From contig DAIQNR010000006.1 of NCBI GenBank assembly GCA_036788295.1, forward strand, positions 51,523 to 115,522: a DNA stretch of 64,000 nucleotides, given 5' to 3'. Positions 54,937 to 63,996 of this stretch are shown here, one piece after another. The notes beneath the pieces were generated by a model. That model did no database searches. It worked only from the letters and a program-made list of their open reading frames with translations, and was not told the DNA's origin. Position 1 is the first letter of the stretch, and the number at the start of each line of letters is the position of its first letter. Made by a program: the position numbers and the translations under genes. The DNA is from Myxococcota bacterium (lineage in GTDB: Bacteria; Myxococcota; Kuafuiibacteriia; Kuafuiibacteriales; Kuafuiibacteriaceae).

Positions 54937-56448
54937 TTGCCGGACGAGGCAGACGATGTACGCCGGCGCGGGCGCACGGGGATGGTCATTCTCGGGGCGC
55001 GCTCGGTCCTCAAGGAGGTCGCCGTCGCCGCTGGGAGCCTCGCGCTCGCTCGGCTGCTGGCCCCTGCAGACTTCGGGGTCTTCGCGATCGTCACCTTCGT
55101 CCTCACCCTGTTCCGGAGCGTCGGCGAGGTGGGTTTTGGCGCGGTGTTCATCCAGCGAGCCGAGCCCCCTACCCGGCGTGAGCTGAGCACTGTCTTCTGG
55201 TTTCAGCTCGGGCTGTCGCTGCTGCTGTTTGCGCTCGTCGTGCTCCTCTCCGAAGTCGTCTTCGAGGTCTGGCCGGAGCTTCCGCCGGACGCCCCCAGCC
55301 TCCTCCGAACGCTCGCGGTGTCGCTCGTCCTGGTGGTCCTCGGCGCCATTCCGGGGACACTGCTCGAGCGTGAGCTCCGCTACTTCCCCATCAGCGTCGT
55401 CGAGTTGGTCGGCTCGGTGACTTTCTATGGGACGGCGGTCGGGCTCGCGGCGGCCGGGCTCGGGACCCGCGCCTTCGTCCTTGCCGCGCTCGCTCAGAGC
55501 GTGACCTCGCTCATCGCGCTGTTCATGGCCCGGCCCTGGCTTCCGAGCTTCGTGTTCGATGTCGCAGCGCTGCGGAGGGTGCTTCCGTTCGGCCTGGTCT
55601 TTCAGGGAAAGCACTTCGTCGCCGTGCTCAACGACGCGGTCACCCCGGGTCTTGCCGGGGGCGTGCTCGGGCAGGCGGCGCTCGGCCTCAACAACTTCGC
55701 CCGGGGGACGGCGCTCATGCCGCTTCACGTCGTGGCGGTCATGGGCCGGGTGTCGTTCCCGTTGTTCAGCCGCCTCGCGAGCGACCGCCGGGCCCTCGCC
55801 GAAGAGCTCGACTTCATCTTCCGGCTCTGCGGCACCGCGAGCGTCGGGTTTTCGGTCTTGCTCGTTGGGCTCGGGCCGGAGCTGGTGAGCATCGTCTACC
55901 ACCCGAAGTGGCTTCCCGCGATGCCCGCCCTGTACATCTATTCGCTCGCCTTGAACCTCGGCTTCATGGCCCCGATCATGGCCGGCGCGTTCGAGGGCCT
56001 CGGACGACCGCAGGTCGTACTGCGCCTCGCCACCGCATGGACGGGTCTGAACTGGTTGATCTTGGTCGCTACGCTGTCTTTCGTCCCGACCCTCGAGGCC
56101 TTCGCGCTCGGCTACGTGGCCCACATGGTCATCGGGAACCTCGTGATGTCGCACCTTCTGAAGCGCGAGGTACCAGGCATCCACCCCATCGGGACCTGGC
56201 TGCGCGCCGCCGCGGTGGGGGTCGCCGTGGTCGTGGCGACCCGCGTGGGGGTCTCGCCCTTCGTCGATGGGTTTTGGTCGCTGGCCCTGGCGACCACGCT
56301 GGTCCTTGGCGGGTGGCTCGGGATCTCGGCGCTCGTCGATCCGGCGCTAAGCCGGTCGCTTCGCAGCTTCATCGAGCGGATCCGGCGGAGGCGCGCGCCC
56401 GTTCAGCGACGTGAATCAGCGGCCGACGTGAATCAGCGGCCGACGTGA
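54937..56448 (+). CDS. wzx: Polysaccharide/O-antigen flippase Wzx (MOP/MATE-like); start TTG 54937 or ATG 54982
   Basis: About 12-14 TM helices. N-terminal LALARLLAPADFGVFAIVTF motif typical of Wzx-family flippases. Confidence 0.7.
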   Translation: MPDEADDVRRRGRTGMVILGARSVLKEVAVAAGSLALARLLAPADFGVFAIVTFVLTLFRSVGEVGFGAVFIQRAEPPTRRELSTVFWFQLGLSLLLFALVVLLSEVVFEVWPELPPDAPSLLRTLAVSLVLVVLGAIPGTLLERELRYFPISVVELVGSVTFYGTAVGLAAAGLGTRAFVLAALAQSVTSLIALFMARPWLPSFVFDVAALRRVLPFGLVFQGKHFVAVLNDAVTPGLAGGVLGQAALGLNNFARGTALMPLHVVAVMGRVSFPLFSRLASDRRALAEELDFIFRLCGTASVGFSVLLVGLGPELVSIVYHPKWLPAMPALYIYSLALNLGFMAPIMAGAFEGLGRPQVVLRLATAWTGLNWLILVATLSFVPTLEAFALGYVAHMVIGNLVMSHLLKREVPGIHPIGTWLRAAAVGVAVVVATRVGVSPFVDGFWSLALATTLVLGGWLGISALVDPALSRSLRSFIERIRRRRAPVQRRESAADVNQRPT

Positions 56449-56452
56449 ATCA
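56410..56452. repeat. 17-bp tandem repeat (cgtgaatcagcggccga x 2.5) spanning the overlapping 3' ends of wzx and the RgpF-like gene
   Basis: Copies at 56410-56426 and 56427-56443, partial at 56444-56452. The unit length is not a multiple of 3, and it encodes the last residues of both convergent genes. Confidence 0.7.
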
Positions 56453-57179
56453 ACTCGACTGGGTAACCTCGGGCTTTCATCGCCGAAGCGACCCGGGAGC
56501 GGCTCACCCGTGCCGGGTTGTCTCGAAAGACCTCCACCTTGACCAGAGGCATCCCGAGCTCGAGCAGCACCAGCGGATGGAAGAGCGTGGGGTTGTTGAG
56601 GGTCCGCCGAAAAATCCGGGTCAGGGTTCTGGGCCGGAACAACAGGCGCTCTCGGTCGATGAAGGTGGCCGGGCGCAAGCCGTTTTCCTCGAGGAACGTG
56701 GTGAACCCGAGCTCGTAGCTCCGGATGAGCTGCCACTTGTTGCGGTACGGGAGCACGCTCGCGAAGAACGCTCGAAACGCCGGGTGGTCGAGCGCCGTCC
56801 GCCGGAGCACCAGAAAGTAGCTCTGGATGTGAAAGGCGTGCTCCCGGCTGGCCGTCATCCCCCAGAAGTCCGCCTCCCGCTCATCCATCGCCCGGAACGT
56901 GTCCGCGAGCGAGCCGACGGGCCCGTAAACGCTGGAGTTGGTGAGAATCAGCTCTTCTACGCCGTCGAGGTCGATCCGTTCGAGGGCGTGCTTCCACATC
57001 CCGAAGTCGTACCCCCGATTCTCGAGCAGGATCGGCGGGTCGCAGAGTCTCTCGAGCGGCGCGGGGTCGAGGTCAGGGGCGGTCGAGAGGAAGACGACCC
57101 GGTCCGCGATGGTCCGAAGGCCCTCGACGTAGTGCCGGATGTATGGCTTGACCTCGCCGTCGGCATCATAGTGAGCCAT
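56433..57179 (-). CDS. Rhamnan-synthesis protein F (RgpF)-like glycosyltransferase
   Basis: 248 aa from ATG 57179: MAHYDADGEVKPYIRHYVEGLRTIADRVVFLSTAP...ILLENRGYDFGMWKHAL... matches the Rhamnan_synth family. Overlaps the wzx 3' end by 16 nt. Confidence 0.65.
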   Translation of the reverse strand: MAHYDADGEVKPYIRHYVEGLRTIADRVVFLSTAPDLDPAPLERLCDPPILLENRGYDFGMWKHALERIDLDGVEELILTNSSVYGPVGSLADTFRAMDEREADFWGMTASREHAFHIQSYFLVLRRTALDHPAFRAFFASVLPYRNKWQLIRSYELGFTTFLEENGLRPATFIDRERLLFRPRTLTRIFRRTLNNPTLFHPLVLLELGMPLVKVEVFRDNPARVSRSRVASAMKARGYPVELIHVGR

Positions 57180-57262
57180 CAGCGCCAACCGAGACGTCAC
57201 GGCGCGGGTGGTACGAGCTTGGGCGCGCGCCGACAACCGTCCGGTTCGAAAAGAGCGCCTCG

Positions 57263-58657
57263 ATGAGCATAGACGTCTCGGACATCCTCCAGGAGCTCGC
57301 GGATCGCCCCCTGTCTGCCCTGTTGTGCCTGCCGCCGAGGCTGCTTCGCCTAGCGCGCGGGCCTCGGGCGCCCCGCGTTCCGCCCCTCCCCGACCCGCTG
57401 TCCGAGTTCTCGCTCGCGCTCCCCACCCCTCCGGAGACTCCGGACGTCAGCGTGGTCATACCCGTCTACGGGCAGGCGGCGGTGACCCTGCACTGCCTGC
57501 GGTCCATCGCGAAGGCGCGCGTGGGGCGGTCGCTCGAGGTCATCGTGGTGGACGACCGCTCACCCGACGTCACCCCGCAGCTGCTCGAGCGCGTCTCGGG
57601 GATAAGGGTCGCGCGCCCGGAAGAAAACGGAGGCTTCATTCGGGCCTGCCGACGTGGCGGGGACGCGGCTCGGGGCCGGTTCCTCGTCTTCTTGAACAAC
57701 GACACCGTCGTGACCGATGGCTGGCTCGATGCGCTCATCTGGACAATCGAGACCTTGCCCGGCGCGGGCATCGTCGGGGCCCGGCTCCTGTATCCGAACG
57801 GACAGGTCCAAGAGGTCGGCGGGATCGTGTTTCGAGACGGCAGCGGGGCCCACTTCCATCGGCGCTCCTTTCCCTCGGAAGCCTCCGACTTCGCCCGGGA
57901 GGTCGATTACGTGAGCGGGGCCTGCCTCGCCCTGCGGACGGAGGACTGGCGAGCCCTGGGGGGCTTCGACGAGCGGTACCTCCCCGCGTACTACGAGGAC
58001 ACCGACCTCTGCTTTCGGATGCGCGCGCTCGGAAAGAGCGTCTGGGTTCAGCCGGCGGCCGAGATCTTTCATCTGGAAGGGGCCACGCATGGCCGGGACC
58101 TGAACGTGGGGATCAAGCGCCACCAGGTGGACAACCACGAGCGGTTCTTCGAGCGGTGGCAAGAGACCTTGAAGGACCATCCCGTCCCCGGTCGAACCCA
58201 GCGAGAGAGCCCGTTTGCCGGCTCCCGCCGGCGCGGTGAGGAGTGCCTGGTCTTGGGCCTCGGCGGGGATGCGGACCTCGCACAGAGTGGCCGACGACCG
58301 GTCGAGGTCGCGCTCGCCATCGCCGCCGCCGGCTTTCACCCCGTGTTCTACGCCCCGAGGATGCCGCCTCGGCACCGCGCCGACCTCCAGCGGCTCGGGG
58401 TCGAGGTCCTCGGCCGCGCGAGCTTCGGGACGCTGCGGGCGCTGCTGCGGGCCCCCCGGTCGGGGCGTCTTCGCGCCGCGCTGCTCGCGGAGCCTCGGGT
58501 CGCGCTCATCGAGCTTGCGAGGCGGCGTCTCCCGCAGGCATCGCTCGTGGGGCTCGAGCCGGTTTCGAGCGAGGTCCGTCCCCTCCTCGACGCGATCTGC
58601 CCCGAGCCCCCGCGCGATCTCGGCCCCATGCTCCGCCGCGGACCTCGGACTTCATGA
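57263..58657 (+). CDS. GT2-family glycosyltransferase (GT-A fold)
   Basis: VSVVIPVYGQAAVTLHCLRSI...VIVVDDRSPD...FLNNDTVVTDGWLDAL...(DxD) and YYEDTDLCFRMRALG. Confidence 0.75.
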   Translation: MSIDVSDILQELADRPLSALLCLPPRLLRLARGPRAPRVPPLPDPLSEFSLALPTPPETPDVSVVIPVYGQAAVTLHCLRSIAKARVGRSLEVIVVDDRSPDVTPQLLERVSGIRVARPEENGGFIRACRRGGDAARGRFLVFLNNDTVVTDGWLDALIWTIETLPGAGIVGARLLYPNGQVQEVGGIVFRDGSGAHFHRRSFPSEASDFAREVDYVSGACLALRTEDWRALGGFDERYLPAYYEDTDLCFRMRALGKSVWVQPAAEIFHLEGATHGRDLNVGIKRHQVDNHERFFERWQETLKDHPVPGRTQRESPFAGSRRRGEECLVLGLGGDADLAQSGRRPVEVALAIAAAGFHPVFYAPRMPPRHRADLQRLGVEVLGRASFGTLRALLRAPRSGRLRAALLAEPRVALIELARRRLPQASLVGLEPVSSEVRPLLDAICPEPPRDLGPMLRRGPRTS

Positions 58658-58679
58658 AGGCCGCTCGCGCATCGGGGTA

Positions 58680-59570
58680 GAGTGCCTGGGTGGGCACACG
58701 AGGGATCGGGCTCGCGGCGTCGGTTTGGCGCTCGCGCTCGTCGTTTCACCGAGCGACCAGAAGGCGTCGATGACCTCCGGCTCGCCGGACGCGGTCGCGG
58801 CGTGAGGTACCCATGGCCTCGAAAGTTATGAGCTTCCGGTGCTGAGGGCGTTGGAGTGCTCGAAGGCCACAGCGGCCCCTTCCGCGAGATGGGCGAGGTG
58901 GGGACCGTACCGGCAGGGTGTTGGACACGAAGAAGACGACCGGGTAACCCGGGAGACCCTCACGCCTCCTCGAATGAAGTCCCGCCGAGCCGAGCGCCGG
59001 TGGCCAGACTCCGAGCGCGATGCGTCTGCGGGCGCAGGCATCGCGTGCCCCCGTGTCGGCCCAGAACAGCGCCCGCATCGAGAGGCCCGGCAAGGGGAAC
59101 CGAAGCGAGGGCTGACGGGCGTGAGGGAGTCGGAGGGCCGCATACGAGCGATGACGTCGGGGAACGGGGGCGCCCGGACCCGTCCGAGCGAAGGCGGCCC
59201 GTGTTGATGTGAGCTTCAGGAGGGAACCAGGACCAAGGCCTCGAGCTTGGCTGTAATGTCACCGAAACTGCTGAAGGTAGTGGAAAGAGCGGGAACCGAA
59301 CCCAAAGGGAGGTTCCATACGCTCGCGCATCTCATCGATGTGCCAGCCCTCGAGCGCGCCTACCGGCGAGCCGGAAAGGATGCCGCGTTGGGCGTCGATG
59401 GCGTGACGAAGGATGCATACAGGGAGATGGCGAATTGGCTCGCCCGTAGAGAGCAGAGGCTCCTCCCGCCGGTTCAATCGGCGGCCGGCGGCGCGTACAC
59501 GAGCACCGCCCCGCGCCCCCGGCAGCTGGCGTCGACGTTGGTCCCGCACCGCTGCGGAGCCCCCACGTAG
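58680..59570 (+). mobile_element. 3'-truncated group II intron remnant: about 560 nt of structured 5' RNA plus the N-terminal 100 codons of an intron-encoded reverse transcriptase/maturase
   Basis: ORF from ATG 59256 (GGAGGGAACC RBS): MSPKLLKVVERAGTEPKGRFHTLAHLIDVPALERAYRRAGKDAALGVDGVTKDAYREMANWL..., i.e. the ...KG-GVDG-T...Y.E.L...L...L signature of group II intron RT domain 0. It terminates at 59570 with no RT fingers/palm, and its 3' end overlaps the FG-GAP gene. The 5' boundary was not identified. Confidence 0.45.
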
Positions 59571-60775
59571 AGGCGCCCGTCGACGTCGAAGGCGACGGAG
59601 GTCCCGAACTGCAGGCCCGGGACGAACCAGTCGGAGACGAGGACCAGATCCTCTTGGGTCGGGTCGAGCGGCGCCACCAGGTGGACCGTCCCGTTCCCGT
59701 AGCGCGTGTCGAGGCCGGGGTCGCTCCGGCTCCCCGCCGCCACCCAGCCCCCGCCGGCGTCGATCGCCTCCCCCCGTTTGCGTCCCTGAAGATCGGAGGG
59801 AGGGAGCAGGCTCTTCCAGCCCGAGGCCCCGGGCGCCCGCACGTAAACCTGCCCGTTGTACGGGCAGACCACCTCGTTGGGCGCACATGGGGCCCCGGTC
59901 ATCGCTGCCCTCGTGCCCCGGCACGTGCTCCCCTCCGGTAGACAAGCGTGGGCGAGGGGGGCGGAGACCACCGGCCGGTCGTCGAGCCAGGCGACCGCAG
60001 CTCCGAAGGCCTGGGCGTCGGGCCCGGGCGGGGCGAGCTCGCTGTCCAGGGCCCAGGCTTCTACCCGGTACCCGTAGAGGTAGGCGGCTCCGAGGCAGGA
60101 GGCGCGATCGCAAGGTCGAGCGCCGGCAAGGACCCCGTTCGAAGGGGCACCCACGAGCAGGCGCCCTCCGTTCAGCGCCACCGACCAGCCGAAACGGGCG
60201 CCAGCCCCCAGGCCAGGAGGGATCAGCTCCACCGGCGCCGAGGCGGCCCCGGTCCGATACAAGAGCACCCGCCCTCGGCGGGCGTCGTGGCCCGGGTCGC
60301 CGACCGCGAGCCAGCCGTCGTCCGCGTCCATCGAAAAACCGAGCTCCTCCCCCGCCTCCGGCGCTTCGAGGAAGCTGAGCCCCTCGAGCGTCGGGCTCAG
60401 GCGGGCGATGCGGCCCCCGAGCCCCAACCACACATCGGCCTCGGTCGCCGCCACGGACGCGATGCGGGGAGCGTAGGGGGAGGCGTCGAAGCTGGCGCGG
60501 AAGGTCCAGGCGGCGTCTCGATCGAACGCGAACAGCCGGGGGTCCGAGTCGTCGCCCTGCGCCACGTAGATCGAGCTCGGGGTGGTGGCGATCGCCTCGG
60601 CGAAGCGGCTCGTGTCCCCCGCCGACAGCTTGCCGGCTTCGGTCCAGGCGGTCACGCTGCCGGTGCGGCGGGTGTAGGGAGGTGCTGGCGCCGGCGGCGC
60701 GACGGTCAGCGGGTCGGGCTCACCGCAGGCGAGCGCACCGCCGAGCGCGATGAGCGCGGCCCGGGTGCTCGTCAT
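59474..60775 (-). CDS. FG-GAP repeat (integrin-alpha-type beta-propeller) lipoprotein, third of three tandem paralogs
   Basis: 433 aa from ATG 60775: MTSTRAALIALGGALACGEPDP lipobox. Repeats FGWSVALNGGRLLVGAP, FGAAVAWLDDRPVVSAP, FGTSVAFDVDGRLYVGAP...GAVLVY. ATGA overlap with the upstream paralog's stop. Confidence 0.75.
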   Translation of the reverse strand: MTSTRAALIALGGALACGEPDPLTVAPPAPAPPYTRRTGSVTAWTEAGKLSAGDTSRFAEAIATTPSSIYVAQGDDSDPRLFAFDRDAAWTFRASFDASPYAPRIASVAATEADVWLGLGGRIARLSPTLEGLSFLEAPEAGEELGFSMDADDGWLAVGDPGHDARRGRVLLYRTGAASAPVELIPPGLGAGARFGWSVALNGGRLLVGAPSNGVLAGARPCDRASCLGAAYLYGYRVEAWALDSELAPPGPDAQAFGAAVAWLDDRPVVSAPLAHACLPEGSTCRGTRAAMTGAPCAPNEVVCPYNGQVYVRAPGASGWKSLLPPSDLQGRKRGEAIDAGGGWVAAGSRSDPGLDTRYGNGTVHLVAPLDPTQEDLVLVSDWFVPGLQFGTSVAFDVDGRLYVGAPQRCGTNVDASCRGRGAVLVYAPPAAD

Positions 60776-62109
60776 CGAATCGCCCTCTCGTAGACGTAGA
60801 TCGCGCCGGAGCCGACGGCGCTCGTCCAGGCCGGTTGCGGGGGCACGATGAGCTCGCCGACCCCGACCCCGAGCGAGCCGTCCCCCGGAGCCCCGACCAC
60901 CAGCCCGTCGGGGGCCAGCGCGACCGCGTGGCCGAAGCTCGCCTTCGCCTGGGCGAGGACCCCCTTGAACACGACCGGCTCCGCGCCCGGTCGGGTGAGG
61001 TCGAAGGCGAAGACCGCGCCCGGGCCGCGCTCCTGGTTTCCGTTGCATGACGTGTCGATCCCCGCCAGCTCGGGTGCGCCGGGGTCGTCCCGGACGGTGC
61101 AGCTGCGCTCGTAGGGCGCTCCGACGATGAGGGCCTCGTCGTCGACGGCCACGCTGTAGCCGAACCGAGCGATGGCGCCCTCGAGGACCGAGTAGCGATC
61201 GAGCCGGGCGAGCGTCCCGAGGTCGTGGACCATGACCTCACCGCCGAGCGGGGCCCCGACGTAGAGGCGAGGGCCCCGGATCGCCACGCTGGTCCCGAAG
61301 CCCGTGCAGGGCGCTTCGGCGTCGAGCGGGTCCGCGGGTCGCCAGCCGTCCTGCTCGAGCCGGAAGACCTGCACGAGGCCCCGGGCGTCGGCGCAGTCTC
61401 GTTCGTCCTCCGGGTCCCCGACCACCAGAGTCGAGCCGTCCAGGTCCACCCGTCGCGAGCCCGACTGCAGCCGGCGAGAGGGCAGCGGCAGGGTCTGGGC
61501 GAGCGTGAAGCCGCCGGCCCCGTGTCGGTAGAGATGGACCGCGTCCTCGTCGACCGCGGCGAGCCAGGGGTCGTCCACGTCGAGGGCGAAGCCGAAGCTG
61601 CGGGCAGAGCTCGGGGACTCGAGGACCTGGACCACCCGGGCCTCCGGCTCGGTCTCGAAGACCACGACCTCACCTCGAAGGCCGCGGACCCGCGACCCAG
61701 CGAGCCATCGCCCGTCGCTCGCCAACGCGTGGCCGAGCTGGTCGGCGTCCGCGGTGTCCTCGGGTTGGAGGGGGATGAGCGCGGGGTCGGTAGGGACGGT
61801 CGGGTAGCGCGCGATCAGGCCGCGTCGGTCGCAATCCAACTGGACCGCCTCCGCGGGGCTGCACTGGTGCGAACGATGGGCGGCGACGAAGATCGCGCCC
61901 CCCGCACGCGCGAGGCTCCGGCCGAAGCCGGACTCCGGCTGCCGATCCCGCGGCTTGACGTAGTGCGCTAGGCGAAAGCCGGACTGCGTGGAGCCTGGGT
62001 CGCCCTGGCCGAGGGAGACCTCCTCGGGGCCGCAGCCCAGGAGCGCCCCGGCGAGAGCGCCGCCCAAGAGCGGCGCGCCGATCCGTCTTCGCACAGAAGC
62101 GCTCCTCAT
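60772..62109 (-). CDS. FG-GAP repeat lipoprotein, second of three tandem paralogs
   Basis: 445 aa from ATG 62109: MRSASVRRRIGAPLLGGALAGALLGCGPEE lipobox. FGFALDVDDPWLAAVDEDAVHLY, FGTSVAIRGPRLYVGAP, FGYSVAVDDEALIVGAP, FGHAVALAPDGLVVGAP. ATGA overlaps at both ends. Confidence 0.75.
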   Translation of the reverse strand: MRSASVRRRIGAPLLGGALAGALLGCGPEEVSLGQGDPGSTQSGFRLAHYVKPRDRQPESGFGRSLARAGGAIFVAAHRSHQCSPAEAVQLDCDRRGLIARYPTVPTDPALIPLQPEDTADADQLGHALASDGRWLAGSRVRGLRGEVVVFETEPEARVVQVLESPSSARSFGFALDVDDPWLAAVDEDAVHLYRHGAGGFTLAQTLPLPSRRLQSGSRRVDLDGSTLVVGDPEDERDCADARGLVQVFRLEQDGWRPADPLDAEAPCTGFGTSVAIRGPRLYVGAPLGGEVMVHDLGTLARLDRYSVLEGAIARFGYSVAVDDEALIVGAPYERSCTVRDDPGAPELAGIDTSCNGNQERGPGAVFAFDLTRPGAEPVVFKGVLAQAKASFGHAVALAPDGLVVGAPGDGSLGVGVGELIVPPQPAWTSAVGSGAIYVYERAIR

Positions 62110-63317
62110 GGGGCCCGCCCTCGAGTGTACTTCACGAACCCTCCCTCGGCGCCGGTCACGACTTGATCTTGGTCGGCCCCCAGGACCGCGCCGAAGCCGC
62201 TCCCGAGGCCCTCTTCTGGGCGGGCTCCGATCACGAGGTCGAGCTGCCAGACCCCATCGGCGTCCGGCGTGAACCGATACAGCGCGCCCCGGGCCTGAGC
62301 GTCGCAGACCTCCGCCCCGCTCCGGCCCCGCGCCGCCCCCGGGGTGCACGCGGCCGCGTCGGGGGCGCCCACCCAGATCTGGGCCCCGAAGAGCGCGACC
62401 GCCTGCCCGAAGCCGTCCTGCCGGGCGCCGCGTAAGACGAGCGGCGGCCGCTCCTCCCAGCGCTCGTCCGACCGACGAAACAGGCGGACCTGGCCGAGGG
62501 CGGTCCCGACCGCGAGCCAGCGGCGGTCGAGGGCCAGCGCCTGCGCGAAGCGGGTCCCTCCGATCCGCGCGTCGGGCAGCTCCCGCTCGAGCACCCAGCG
62601 CTGCTCCCGGAGGACGTACAGCTCGACCCGTCCGCTGTCGGGTCGGTCCACGCTGCCGGGACCGGGGGCCGGGGCGTCGCTCAGGGGGAGCCCCACCGCG
62701 AGCCGGGCTCCGCTCATCGCGAGCCGGATGGCGTCGAGCGAGCTCGCGCGATGACGGCTGAGGGTCTCCAGGGTCTCGGTGTGGGCCCACCCATCGCCCA
62801 CTTGGCGGTAGACGGCGACCGCCCCGCGACGGTCTCCGACCAAGCGCGCCGGGATCCCGACCGCGAGCCAACCTTGGTCCATGGCGAGCGCGGCGCCGAA
62901 GCCCTCGACATCGCCGTTGCGGAGGGACACGTGGGTCTGCCCTCCGTCGTGGGTCCGGTAGAGGTCGACCCGGTCGGCACCGGGCGAACCGACCGCAATC
63001 CACCCGTCCGCGATGGCGAGGCTGTCCCCGAAGGTGTCGGCCGCGCTCGAGGTCTCGAGGAGGATGTCCGGCCCGTCGGAGCGGCTCCGGAAGACGACCT
63101 GACGGGGGCAGGGCGCGGCCGGGCAGGCCGCGGCCCGGGTCCAAGCGAGGCTGTCCTCGTCGACCGCCAGCGCGACCGTGCGGGCCGGCGCGACCGGCAG
63201 CTCCCGGGCCGCCGGGATCCACGTCCCGGTCTCGTGGAAGCCTGGGGGGAGGGCCTGCTCGACGATGCAGCCGACGAGCAGGCCGGCCACGCCGACGTCA
63301 ACGTGGACCCGTCGCAT
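62106..63317 (-). CDS. FG-GAP repeat lipoprotein, first of three tandem paralogs
   Basis: 403 aa from ATG 63317: MRRVHVDVGVAGLLVGCIV lipobox. FGDSLAIADGWIAVGSPGADRVDLY, FGAALAMDQGWLAVGIP, FAQALALDRRWLAVGTA, FGQAVALFGAQIWVGAP. Confidence 0.75.
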   Translation of the reverse strand: MRRVHVDVGVAGLLVGCIVEQALPPGFHETGTWIPAARELPVAPARTVALAVDEDSLAWTRAAACPAAPCPRQVVFRSRSDGPDILLETSSAADTFGDSLAIADGWIAVGSPGADRVDLYRTHDGGQTHVSLRNGDVEGFGAALAMDQGWLAVGIPARLVGDRRGAVAVYRQVGDGWAHTETLETLSRHRASSLDAIRLAMSGARLAVGLPLSDAPAPGPGSVDRPDSGRVELYVLREQRWVLERELPDARIGGTRFAQALALDRRWLAVGTALGQVRLFRRSDERWEERPPLVLRGARQDGFGQAVALFGAQIWVGAPDAAACTPGAARGRSGAEVCDAQARGALYRFTPDADGVWQLDLVIGARPEEGLGSGFGAVLGADQDQVVTGAEGGFVKYTRGRAP

Positions 63318-63996
63318 GCCGCTCGGAGAGGGCCTCCACCTCACGGCGGAGGGCGCTCGTGGGGTGTCGGCGGACAAAGCGCGCTGCCGCGCTGCGAAGA
63401 TCCCGGTCCGCGCCCTCGGCCGCCAAAACGAGCAGGAGCACGTAGGCCCTCATGTCCGCGAGCTGACCGGCAGGAAAGCGCGCCGCGTGCTCCAAAGCGA
63501 GCCTGCGCGCCTCGCTCGGGTCCGCAGGCAGGGCGTCGCGCGCCCGGTGGAGGAGCTCGAGCTCGGCTGAGAAGGTCGTGCGCGGCGCGGCCGGACGGAC
63601 CGTCGCCGGGCGCCGCGGCTCAGCCTGCATCCAGCGCGGGCTCGGCCGCGGCGGGGAGGCGCCGAGCTCCGGCTCTGGTGGTGGGGCCGTCCGCTCGGGC
63701 TCAGGGCCGGTCGGCGCGGGTGAGACCGTCGGGGCGTCGGAGGGGGCGGTCGGGGGAGCGACCGTCCGCTCGGGCGACGCGGGAGAGGTCGCCTCGCCCG
63801 CGCCCGGTTCTGCGGGGCTCTGCGACGGAGACAGCGACGCCGCGAGCATGCCAAGCAGGAGGATCCCGCTCACCCCCGCGCTTGCGGTCCCGAGCAGGGA
63901 CAGCCGCGGCGGCGGCGGTCGAGCCGACAGCACCGCGACCTGCGCCCCCACTCTCGCCGCGACCTCGGGGGGGAGCCCTCGCGTGGGTTCGGCCAA
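63298..63996 (-). CDS. Single-pass membrane protein with Pro-rich periplasmic linker, probably partial (continues beyond the 3' window edge); anti-sigma-factor-like topology
   Basis: Frame is open to the window end. The track start is only a TTG. TM segment LSLLGTASAGVSGILLLGMLAASL, then a P/A/T-rich linker and a helical C-terminal domain. Overlaps the first FG-GAP gene start by 20 nt. Confidence 0.45.
   Translation of the reverse strand: MAEPTRGLPPEVAARVGAQVAVLSARPPPPRLSLLGTASAGVSGILLLGMLAASLSPSQSPAEPGAGEATSPASPERTVAPPTAPSDAPTVSPAPTGPEPERTAPPPEPELGASPPRPSPRWMQAEPRRPATVRPAAPRTTFSAELELLHRARDALPADPSEARRLALEHAARFPAGQLADMRAYVLLLVLAAEGADRDLRSAAARFVRRHPTSALRREVEALSERHATGPR

Noticed and set aside
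52005-55181. 1058-aa plus-strand ORF (and 53140..56184 minus, 1014 aa) spanning several glycosyltransferase genes
   Set aside because: Extremely Arg/Pro/Gly-rich. It runs out of frame through four independently supported genes.
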